61,674 nucleotides of DNA. Origin: Candidatus Kaiserbacteria bacterium. GTDB lineage: Bacteria; Patescibacteriota; Minisyncoccia; Phycocordibacterales; UBA2100. Each line of letters begins with the position of its first letter. Positions within the stretch are counted from its first letter, which is position 1. Made by a program: the position numbers and the translations under genes. The DNA is taken from NCBI GenBank assembly GCA_016217975.1, contig JACRFH010000028.1, positions 1-61,674 on the forward strand, written 5' to 3'. The notes beneath the pieces were generated by a model that worked only from the letters and a program-made list of their open reading frames with translations, made no database searches and was not told the origin of the DNA. Below are positions 17,788 through 25,685 of this stretch, piece by piece.

Positions 17788-19744
17788 TGCCAAGACTTTT
17801 GAGTTTCTCGAGGTAGCGCAAAACGGCATGCACATAGGCGGCGTGACTCCAGGTGAGGGGTGCGGCAGATATCTGCGCACCCGTATGAGGATCCAACTGC
17901 TCGGAGAGCACGCCCGAGGGCTGTGCGTGCTTCGCGGTCCAAGTAAAAATATCTCGTACCTTCTCCAAATCTGCGTCGCTCTTTGCGCGAGCTATTAAGT
18001 ATCGCGCATACCAAAGCGTCGTCATGATCCACGGATTACCCGCCGATTCCCTATCTCGACGATAATAATTGTCCCCTTCATACCGAGCAAGTCCACCAAC
18101 AGATATGCCGAGAGAGAGACGCCTGACGCTTATCTCAAACGCACGAATAAGTCGCTCGTCATCCGGTGGCAGGATTTCAAATGCATATATCCCATATGCA
18201 CTCGATATGTCCAGCGTCTTGTCTTTCGTTATAGTCTCTCCTTCTCTGTCAATGTGCTTTATAAAGTAGCCTTCTTTCTCGTCCCATAAATTTGCGAGAA
18301 TGCCGTCACGCACTTCTTCTGCGGCAGAGCGATACCGCTCCTCGTTATTCTTCTTGTTGATGATGTTCGACAGCTCTGCTGCCGCGCTCAAGGCCCCGTA
18401 TACGACAGATGCGGTGAATGTCGAGCTGCCGCGCTTTTCTTCCCATACATCGTACGAAGAAAGAGGAAGCCCGGTCGTGGGATCACGATACGAGACGAGA
18501 AAATCCGCCGCTTTCTCGATGAGCGACGTGTACAAACTTTCTATCATTTCGACATCATGGCTGTGCGTGTAGTGATTATGGAGCGCGCACAACACAAGCG
18601 CGGTTTCATCTTCTTGAATGGGCAATTCCGAATGGCCATTCCTGATCCATGGATGCCACGAACTCCCGAGAGAGCGATCGGGAAGATATTTGTGCATAAA
18701 GTAACCATCCTTGGATATTGTCTCCTTGCAAAAATCAAAAAAACGCGACGCCGTCTCGGTGTCTCCCACCTGACCGAGCGCCATCGCCGCATAGGCAGCA
18801 TCGCGTGGCCAAACATATGAATAGGTATCGAGTCCGTATTGCAACATGTCGGAATCTAAGGATGCAATAATGCCCCCGCCGCGATCTACGTGAGCGCGCA
18901 CATACATAAGGCTTTTCTTGAAAAGCGCGATATGCGCAGGCTGCAATCCATGGAAACCGTGCGATCTTGAATCGAGCCACGTCTTCCAATACGCGGCAGT
19001 GGTCATCAGAAGATTCTCCGGCGTCTCTTTCTTGAGATAGCTGTCCAACTCGCACGCATCGGGAATACTCTCGGCCGCTACTATCCAATACTCGACCGTT
19101 CGCGATTGCTGCGGCGCATACTGCTCATAAAATCCGACGGTTGAATCCGCCGGTCCATGCTCAATAGGATTCTTGCTCAATTGCCCATCTTCTGCATCCT
19201 TGTGCGTGCCCTCATGCCCGGCGAAATTAGCAAGGCCCGTCGCATAATCCTGAAATGGTGCGCCATCTATCGTGCCGCCGATGAGAAAAACCCTGCGGCC
19301 TTTGTAGTGCACGATCGAATGACTTTCCGGATCGTAGTACGCGGTATCTCCCCCGTGTGATTTGTAGATTTCAAATTGGTGACCGACATACAGTTTTATT
19401 TCTCTACCTCGTGCTCCGTCGTTTCTGATCGTGATATGTCGAAGAAATATGGCATGATCGTGGCATACGGCATCGGCAAATTCGAGTGACACCTGGAGCC
19501 TCGGATGAAGCGCGTGGATGCGACTTATGAGCGCCTCTTCCTCGCATCCCACGCGTATCTGCCAATTTCTATCGTGTGAGAGCCAGCTCATTTCACCATC
19601 GACCCAAATGCCAACGCGGTGGACGTAGTGCCCCCGCACATGATCCTCAAGCCCCACATGCGGATAATAAATATCGCGCACGGCAGCCTTGTCATCAAGC
19701 GCTACGCACAATTCGCCGTTGGAAAGAACAATCGAGCGGGACAT
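17774..19744 (-). CDS. Glycoside hydrolase family 15 (glucoamylase/glucodextranase-like)
   Basis: 656 aa with an N-terminal beta-sandwich and an (alpha/alpha)6 domain. Contains YSYVWPRDAAYAAMAL and SEQLDPHTG. Confidence 0.8.
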   Translation of the reverse strand: MSRSIVLSNGELCVALDDKAAVRDIYYPHVGLEDHVRGHYVHRVGIWVDGEMSWLSHDRNWQIRVGCEEEALISRIHALHPRLQVSLEFADAVCHDHAIFLRHITIRNDGARGREIKLYVGHQFEIYKSHGGDTAYYDPESHSIVHYKGRRVFLIGGTIDGAPFQDYATGLANFAGHEGTHKDAEDGQLSKNPIEHGPADSTVGFYEQYAPQQSRTVEYWIVAAESIPDACELDSYLKKETPENLLMTTAAYWKTWLDSRSHGFHGLQPAHIALFKKSLMYVRAHVDRGGGIIASLDSDMLQYGLDTYSYVWPRDAAYAAMALGQVGDTETASRFFDFCKETISKDGYFMHKYLPDRSLGSSWHPWIRNGHSELPIQEDETALVLCALHNHYTHSHDVEMIESLYTSLIEKAADFLVSYRDPTTGLPLSSYDVWEEKRGSSTFTASVVYGALSAAAELSNIINKKNNEERYRSAAEEVRDGILANLWDEKEGYFIKHIDREGETITKDKTLDISSAYGIYAFEILPPDDERLIRAFEISVRRLSLGISVGGLARYEGDNYYRRDRESAGNPWIMTTLWYARYLIARAKSDADLEKVRDIFTWTAKHAQPSGVLSEQLDPHTGAQISAAPLTWSHAAYVHAVLRYLEKLKSLGITTS

Positions 19745-19746
19745 AG

Positions 19747-20055
19747 ATGAAAATAGTATACACTAGTGCGATGCAGCATTTTCGCTCTCCATATGGATCA
19801 ATATTGCTCACAGACGAGCGCAAGCGGCATATCCTTGAATTTCATCCTGAAGTGAGAATGTATCTGCGATACTTCGTAGATACTCTCGCGAAGCCTGAAT
19901 ATGAAAGTCGTTCCGTGCACGATGCCGCGGTCGTCATTTGCTACCAATATATACCGCGACGAAAGCGATATCTGGCGATCGTCGTAAAGACGGGGACGAG
20001 ACCCTTCATCCTGACCGCCTATCTTGCGAGAAAACTGAAACAAGATACACTATGA
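19747..20055 (+). CDS. Hypothetical small protein, possible toxin-like partner of the downstream DUF2283-like gene
   Basis: 102 aa. Its stop overlaps the next start (ATGA at 20052..20055). No catalytic motif recognised. Confidence 0.35.
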   Translation: MKIVYTSAMQHFRSPYGSILLTDERKRHILEFHPEVRMYLRYFVDTLAKPEYESRSVHDAAVVICYQYIPRRKRYLAIVVKTGTRPFILTAYLARKLKQDTL

Positions 20056-20285
20056 CCATGCTTAAGTACTTCTACGACAAAGAAGCAGATATCTTTTACT
20101 TCTCCCAGGGCACGCCAAGCGCCTTTGATCAGACCATCGAGGCTGGCGATGATGTACTCTTGCGTATAAGTCCTCGCACGAAACGCGTGCGTGGATTTAC
20201 GCTCCTCAATGCGTCGCGCAAGACGAGAAATGCTCCGACTGGAGTACCCTTCACTCTCGTCCCGAATGTCTCCGTGCGAGCTTAA
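20052..20285 (+). CDS. DUF2283-like small protein
   Basis: The N-terminus MTMLKYFYDKEADIFYFS is the pattern I associate with DUF2283 (YDKEADxLYI). Confidence 0.5.
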   Translation: MTMLKYFYDKEADIFYFSQGTPSAFDQTIEAGDDVLLRISPRTKRVRGFTLLNASRKTRNAPTGVPFTLVPNVSVRA

Positions 20286-20331
20286 GGTCTGCGCACAACT
20301 CCCCTTGGTAGAACGGCAGAACAGAAGACAC

Positions 20332-20760
20332 TTATTTCTTTTTAGGTCTTACTTTCCGAATGCCGACGATCATTGAGAGAGATATCAGGTGCCAGGCACG
20401 ACTTTCTTCTCCTGATCCCGGAGCGCCGCGAACCAGAAATCTTCCGTTATCAACCTCAACAAAAACACGGTCACCTGCGCTGCGCCAGACACGCCTCTCG
20501 AATGTCCCGGTTTTCTTGTTTATATTGGGAGCTCGTTCTTTTATGCGCAATTCGAAATTGTCGCCTGGCACTATACCTGCCACCTGAATAAGATCATCAA
20601 CGCGCGCCATATCTTGAGCGGTTTCAAGATTATAATCAGAGCGTTTTTTACCATAGCGACTGTCGAGACTATATGAATCTTTCGCCGCATCAGGGTCCAT
20701 ATGCATTCGAGTGATCTCCGAACGCGGACCGTTCTTCTCATTCTTAGGATCTGAATCCAT
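20332..20760 (-). CDS. Hypothetical protein, tightly spaced downstream of GH57
   Basis: 143 aa from MDSDPKNEK. Its ATG at 20760 lies 1 nt after the GH57 stop codon (20762..20764). Confidence 0.4.
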   Translation of the reverse strand: MDSDPKNEKNGPRSEITRMHMDPDAAKDSYSLDSRYGKKRSDYNLETAQDMARVDDLIQVAGIVPGDNFELRIKERAPNINKKTGTFERRVWRSAGDRVFVEVDNGRFLVRGAPGSGEESRAWHLISLSMIVGIRKVRPKKK

Positions 20761-20761
20761 A

Positions 20762-21958
20762 TTAGAGATTGCGCTTCTCCAGGCGCAATCTAAGATCCGA
20801 AAGGGCATTCATATATGCAATGTAGGCGTCATAGGGTGATTCATAGGGAGAAAAATAGGCATGCACGTCGCCATCGGCGAACCATTTGGTGCACATGTAA
20901 TAGAAGTGATCCGACGTCTGGAGCTTGCGCCAATCGTCCATGATCTTGTGGTCGTTGGCAAGAAGCACCGGCTCCTCAAGATCGTAGATCGCTTTGATCG
21001 CTGCTTCTTGCATTGGGTTCCCCACCCAAGCGGTAAGATCACGATCGGTGTCGGCCCAGGTGACGATGTGCGGCATGTCAATCTCGCCTTTATGATCATG
21101 CGCACGGATCACTTCCGATGGCGTCCGGAATTTAAGCTCGGGATTCTTGAAGACCTCTTCGGGGAGATGCTCGAGAAAACTGAAAATACCGGTGGCTTCC
21201 CATTGATGCTCGCCGAAAGTCTCATAATCCATAAAGAGGTTTACGGTATCGCCCTCCGTCGCGGAGAGCCACGCGCCGAATTTCTCGGCCGTGAGCGGCC
21301 ACTCGCTCCAATCGCGAGATGAAAAGCGAAATGCCACATCGTCGGAGAGTTTGTAATTCTTGAGAAGCAACTTGATTTTCGATGCGCCTGCGGGTTGGTA
21401 AACATAATTGGGACTCTTCCAGCCCAAGATTGGATCCCAACCTTCCGCCAAGATGCCGTCGTAGCCTGCCCTCTCTGCCCAAGAACCCAGGTCATTTCTG
21501 TATGAAAGTTCGGTATTGCGAAACACTCTGGGCCAGTACCCGAAGAGTCGTTGGATGAGGGAGCGGTGGTGCGACACCTGGCGCTCAAATTCGGGAAGTG
21601 AGTAGAAAAACGCGAGCGAATGATAGTACGTCTCTCCCAATACTTCGGCTTGCCCCGTATCAAGCACGGCTTTAAAGAGTGCGAGGGCATCCGGAGCATA
21701 CCGCTCAAGCTGTTCCAAGACAACTCCTGAAAATGAGAAACTCACGCGCATCTCGTGATGTTTTTTGAGCAGGTCGAGAAGCAACTGCGTCGTGGGGACG
21801 TAGGATTTGCGTGCGACCTTCTCGATGATGCGGCGATTATTGAGATCGGTGTCGGAGCGGTCGTTGAAATATTCTGGATCATTGCCGATATCAAACACGC
21901 GATAGCGCTTGACGCGATACGGCTGGTGAACTTGAAAATAAAAGCAGACTGATTTCAT
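20762..21958 (-). CDS. Glycoside hydrolase family 57 (alpha-amylase/branching-enzyme-like)
   Basis: N-terminus MKSVCFYFQVHQPYRVKRY and EHQWEATG-type segments are typical of GH57. Confidence 0.8.
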   Translation of the reverse strand: MKSVCFYFQVHQPYRVKRYRVFDIGNDPEYFNDRSDTDLNNRRIIEKVARKSYVPTTQLLLDLLKKHHEMRVSFSFSGVVLEQLERYAPDALALFKAVLDTGQAEVLGETYYHSLAFFYSLPEFERQVSHHRSLIQRLFGYWPRVFRNTELSYRNDLGSWAERAGYDGILAEGWDPILGWKSPNYVYQPAGASKIKLLLKNYKLSDDVAFRFSSRDWSEWPLTAEKFGAWLSATEGDTVNLFMDYETFGEHQWEATGIFSFLEHLPEEVFKNPELKFRTPSEVIRAHDHKGEIDMPHIVTWADTDRDLTAWVGNPMQEAAIKAIYDLEEPVLLANDHKIMDDWRKLQTSDHFYYMCTKWFADGDVHAYFSPYESPYDAYIAYMNALSDLRLRLEKRNL

Positions 21959-21965
21959 AAAAAGC

Positions 21966-21993
21966 GTATAGGGTATAGGGTATAGGGTATAGC
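21966..21993. repeat. Tandem heptamer (GTATAGG x3 plus GTATAGC)
   Basis: Four head-to-tail 7-mers begin 8 nt upstream of the GH57 ATG (21958, minus strand). Confidence 0.9.
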
Positions 21994-22045
21994 TAAACGC
22001 AAAAACGCTCGGTCGCAGGCCGTTGACATCGCATCATTATACAAC

Positions 22046-23278
22046 CTACGCGGTCAATTCATGGATAATGCTATCCACTTTTTGAGCCGCGCTCTCCCAG
22101 GTAAGGCGATCGGCTTCACGAATGCCATTCTTGGAAAGTGAACTCGAGAGCGGCGCGTGCTTGAGTGTCGAGAGAATCTTATTGGCCATCTCATCGATAT
22201 CCCAAAAATCGGCCTTGAGCGCATGGCGCACCACTTCCGATATCCCCGACTGCTTTGAAACTAATACCGGAACTCCAAGCTTCATAGCTTCAAGTGTCGA
22301 GAGACCGAAAGGCTCTGAGACGGAAGGCATCACAAAAAGATCAGCCGCCGCGTACATTTCATGACGCTCATGTCCTCCAACAAAACCCGTGAAAAGTACT
22401 TTGTCGGAGATACCGAGCCGTGCCGCGAGATCCATCACCTGTGACTCCATATCCCCAGACCCAGAAAGCACAAAAAGTACCTTATTGTTGCGCTCGCTTA
22501 CACGCTTTGCGGTGCGCACGAAATAATCAGGGCCTTTTTGAAGGGTAATTCGCCCGAGAAAAAGAACCAATTTATAGCCAGCGTGTTTGAGCTGTCGCAG
22601 ACGCGGGAGCGCGCCACTTCCTGTAGGCGCCGTCGATTCGTCGATACCATTGTGAACCACACGGATCTTTTCTGCTGGTATCCCATATTCCCGCACGATG
22701 AGATCCTTGGTGAATTGCGACACCGCAATAACGACATCCGCAGCCTGCATTCCTTCTTTTTCCAATTCGTACACCTGTTCGTTGATGCTCTCTTTATTCC
22801 ACCCCGCCTTCGCCGAGGCTTCGGCGGGCACAGCGCATCTATCAAATTCAGTCGCGTGTACATGCACGATGAGCGGCTTCCCAGTCGCTTTTTTGGCTTC
22901 GACACCAGCACCAAACGAGAGCCAATCGTGCGCATAGATGATGTCGAATTGTTCCTCAAGTGCGATCTCTCTACCTGCCTGAGCATAACGCAAGACCTCT
23001 TCCATCAAGTCAAAACCGTATACCTCTGGCCGTGCATACTTTTTGTTCCACGCATACGCTCTCACAGGCGAGTTGATGATGCGCGCCGCGATTTCCGGAA
23101 TGTCTGCAAAAACCATTTTTACCCACGGCGCTCCCACATCGAGCTTTTTCGGCATTACAAACAACACCGACGCGCCCAAGCTTGTCATGGCACGCGTGAG
23201 TCCATAGCATGCCACTCCCAACCCTCCGCTATGGTGCGGAGGAAATTCCCAACCAAACATCAAAACGCGAGTTTTCAT
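22046..23278 (-). CDS. Glycogen-synthase-like glycosyltransferase (GT-B fold, GT4/GT5 type)
   Basis: MFGWEFPPHHSGGLGVACYGL at the N-terminus. C-terminal EPFGLSTLEAM motif. Confidence 0.8.
   Translation of the reverse strand: MKTRVLMFGWEFPPHHSGGLGVACYGLTRAMTSLGASVLFVMPKKLDVGAPWVKMVFADIPEIAARIINSPVRAYAWNKKYARPEVYGFDLMEEVLRYAQAGREIALEEQFDIIYAHDWLSFGAGVEAKKATGKPLIVHVHATEFDRCAVPAEASAKAGWNKESINEQVYELEKEGMQAADVVIAVSQFTKDLIVREYGIPAEKIRVVHNGIDESTAPTGSGALPRLRQLKHAGYKLVLFLGRITLQKGPDYFVRTAKRVSERNNKVLFVLSGSGDMESQVMDLAARLGISDKVLFTGFVGGHERHEMYAAADLFVMPSVSEPFGLSTLEAMKLGVPVLVSKQSGISEVVRHALKADFWDIDEMANKILSTLKHAPLSSSLSKNGIREADRLTWESAAQKVDSIIHELTA
22803..22830. repeat. 28-nt hairpin element, copy 1 (identical to 52718..52745), in frame inside the GT gene
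   Basis: CCCGCCTTCGCCGAGGCTTCGGCGGGCA is read on the minus strand as PAEASAKAG. Confidence 0.9.
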
Positions 23279-23343
23279 GGTTTACGCAACATCTTCACGC
23301 CATTGTACCACCGGCGTGTACAAATTCTTCCGTCATGAAAAAA

Positions 23344-23366
23344 ATGGCAAGGTTCAACCTTGCCAT
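23344..23366. repeat. REP-A palindrome copy 1 (ATGGCAAGG-TTCAA-CCTTGCCAT), terminator-like
   Basis: Perfect 9-bp arms with an A-run before and a T-run after, 36 nt downstream of the minus-strand stop at 23402. Confidence 0.9.
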
Positions 23367-23401
23367 TTCGAGATCAGAGTTAGTACTCACAATGCTGCCG
23401 A

Positions 23402-23686
23402 TCAATTTGAGACAGGCCACTCGGTCTCAGGAAGATTTAGTGCCCCCGCTATTGTTCTAAGTTTGTGCTGAACTCTCAATACTCGTGCTTTCTCGGGACT
23501 CATGGCAGCTTTATCGAGCGTCTTATCTACGTCGGCCGTCGCCTCTCTTATTCGTACATATTCAGCCTTCATCTCCTGTTGGACAAACATATCCATATTC
23601 GGTTCACAGCGATCAGACAAGGCATTTACTTCCTGAAAAAGTATTTCCAGTGTTCCACTTTCTCCTGTATTTGGTTCTTGTTGCAT
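23402..23686 (-). CDS. Hypothetical small acidic helical protein
   Basis: 94-aa ORF followed by a terminator-like palindrome. No motif recognised. Confidence 0.4.
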   Translation of the reverse strand: MQQEPNTGESGTLEILFQEVNALSDRCEPNMDMFVQQEMKAEYVRIREATADVDKTLDKAAMSPEKARVLRVQHKLRTIAGALNLPETEWPVSN

Positions 23687-23691
23687 AATTA

Positions 23692-23922
23692 TTATTCGTC
23701 GAGATTTTCAACTTGGTCAAACCAGTCACTTACTGATCCGATGACAAGATTTCCTTCGGCGCGCTTATTAAGTTTGCTCCAAAATTGACTTCGCTCATCA
23801 TCTGGCAAAGCATCAACCTGATCTTTAACGCGCTTTAACTCTCGTAACATTTCCCTTGCCTTATTCTCAAGCCCCTTAATCATGCCGTCAAAATCTGGTC
23901 CTTTCGGTGCTTCGTTCGACAT
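23692..23922 (-). CDS. Hypothetical small helical protein
   Basis: Start moved to MSNEAPKGPD. The longer ORF would read through the REP-B3 palindrome. Confidence 0.35.
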   Translation of the reverse strand: MSNEAPKGPDFDGMIKGLENKAREMLRELKRVKDQVDALPDDERSQFWSKLNKRAEGNLVIGSVSDWFDQVENLDE

Positions 23923-23999
23923 AAAGTAAAAAACTAGTCTTGTATGAGTGAATAGTTGCACATCCGTTAATTTCGTCAACTTCTCATCCGAGGTTCTTC

Positions 24000-24024
24000 G
24001 TGTCCGAGGTTCGACCTCGGACAC
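24000..24024. repeat. REP-B palindrome copy 3 (GTGTCCGAGG-TTCGA-CCTCGGACAC)
   Basis: 10-bp arms. It is preceded by a partial half-site duplication (TCCGAGGTTC at 23987..23996). Confidence 0.9.
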
Positions 24025-24129
24025 CAAGAGCTGATTTTTGTTGTGTAATATCTCAATAAACATGGACTACGAATGCTGCAGAAACTGATATACCTTTGGT
24101 GGATGTCATGTTTGTGCTAACCTCTCCTG

Positions 24130-24894
24130 ATGCCGCTTCCTCGTGCCCTACTTTTTGACCTCGATGATACGCTCGCGGAGAGCTTTGAGTTACCGACGCC
24201 CGAGATTATAGAGCGCGTGATGCGCATGCTCGATCAGGTGCCCGTTGCCATCATCACTGGTCGCGATTTTCCGTGGATGGAGAGGAGTTTTTTGCCGGCC
24301 TTGACACTCGCTCCGCATGTCGACCGATTCTTTCTCTTCCCAGAGGGTGCCGCGCAATGTCTCCAGTGGAACGGCACCACATGGAAAGACTGGTATGCAA
24401 AATCGATCACGCCCGAAGAACGTGAACGCATCCGTAAGGCAGTGGAAACGTCCGTTCGTGAGACCAACGTGCTTGACGGACTCGCGATATCCGGAGCGCA
24501 GTTCGTGCAAAAGCGGGCAATGGTTGCTTTCGCCGCGCTTGGTGTCGAAGTCCCGGGTAATCTGAAATATTCCTGGGATCCGGACAACGCCCGCCGAAGA
24601 GCGCTTCGAGATGCTATCGCCGCCAAGCTCCCGGAATTCGACGTGCTTATGGGCGGCGCAACATCCATCGATGTTACGGAAAAAGGCATCAACAAGTCGT
24701 ACGGCGTGCGCTGGCTCTCAGAACATTTGCGTATCCCAGCATCGGAGATGCTCTACATCGGTGACGCGCTCTTCCCGGGCGGCAACGACGAGGTCGTGAA
24801 GCAGACCGGGATACAGACGCAGGCGACGAAAGGCCCTTCCGAAACTGCCGTAATTATCGATAGTCTGCTCGCGCAATACCAAGCCGCAAAGTGA
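24130..24894 (+). CDS. HAD-IIB family hydrolase (sugar-phosphate phosphatase/phosphomannomutase-like)
   Basis: Motif I LFDLDDTLA, TGR motif II, SIDVTEKGINKS, and motif IV GDALFPGGNDE. Confidence 0.7.
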   Translation: MPLPRALLFDLDDTLAESFELPTPEIIERVMRMLDQVPVAIITGRDFPWMERSFLPALTLAPHVDRFFLFPEGAAQCLQWNGTTWKDWYAKSITPEERERIRKAVETSVRETNVLDGLAISGAQFVQKRAMVAFAALGVEVPGNLKYSWDPDNARRRALRDAIAAKLPEFDVLMGGATSIDVTEKGINKSYGVRWLSEHLRIPASEMLYIGDALFPGGNDEVVKQTGIQTQATKGPSETAVIIDSLLAQYQAAK

Positions 24895-24906
24895 TACAAT
24901 CAGTGC

Positions 24907-25683
24907 ATGAGCGCGAAACGAATCGCGATTGTGTGTGGAGTGCTGTTGGCGATCCCGTTTACCACATCAGCTGAGATCCTTTCTGCAGGATTCCCGCCGC
25001 ATTCTCTATGGCTCTCAAAGACTAATGCGTCTGCCGGTGAAAACATCCGAATCTACACCGTCGTATACGATAGCGGCACAGCTGCGATTTCAGGAACTGT
25101 CTCGTTCTTTGTCGACGACGCCGTTCTTGCGCAGCAGCAGTTCAAGCTTGCCTCCGGCGATAGCAGTATTATTTCTGCTGATTGGACCGCAAAAGAAGGA
25201 GCACACGCGTTTACCGCTCGAATAGATGGGCTGAAAGACGACAGAGGCTCACCGATTTCGATTTCCAATGCCTCCGCTGAAAGCGTATCTCTCGCGGTTT
25301 CTTCTCCAGCGCCTCCATCTGGAATGCAGGCGGCGATCACTTCTGCGCAAACGACATTCGCAAGCACGACACCGATCGCGCTCCAAACCGCATCCAAAAT
25401 CGCAAACACCGCAGAATTTGTCCGTAAATCTGCTGTTGCAAGTCTCCAGGGTGCCTTAAACAAAAACCCAAAGAGCTCAGGATTCGTGCTGGGCACAAGC
25501 ACGGCAGCAGAAACCGCGTCGTCCGGTTCTCTTTTTTCAAATATATGGGAGGCCATTTTGAAAGCACTGCTTTTTATCTGCCAAATCCAATGGCTTTTCT
25601 ACGCCGCAGTCCTTGCAATTGTGTACATACTCTTCAAACTCCTGCGCACCTACCTCCTTGAGCGCCGCCGCCCCAATTTCTGA
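24907..25683 (+). CDS. Secreted protein with C-terminal membrane anchor (hypothetical)
   Basis: Signal peptide (VLLAIPFTTSA), a beta-rich middle, and a C-terminal helix (WLFYAAVLAIVYILFKLL). Confidence 0.45.
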   Translation: MSAKRIAIVCGVLLAIPFTTSAEILSAGFPPHSLWLSKTNASAGENIRIYTVVYDSGTAAISGTVSFFVDDAVLAQQQFKLASGDSSIISADWTAKEGAHAFTARIDGLKDDRGSPISISNASAESVSLAVSSPAPPSGMQAAITSAQTTFASTTPIALQTASKIANTAEFVRKSAVASLQGALNKNPKSSGFVLGTSTAAETASSGSLFSNIWEAILKALLFICQIQWLFYAAVLAIVYILFKLLRTYLLERRRPNF

Positions 25684-25685
25684 CG

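Noticed and set aside
23209-23460. ORFs beginning or containing MARFNLAI (23209..23460 and 43856..44119) and the N-terminal extension of 49890..52187
   Set aside because: The ATG is part of the REP-A palindrome (ATGGCAAGG...). These ORFs are by-products of the repeat in intergenic regions. Only the copy at 57417 lies within a supported CDS.
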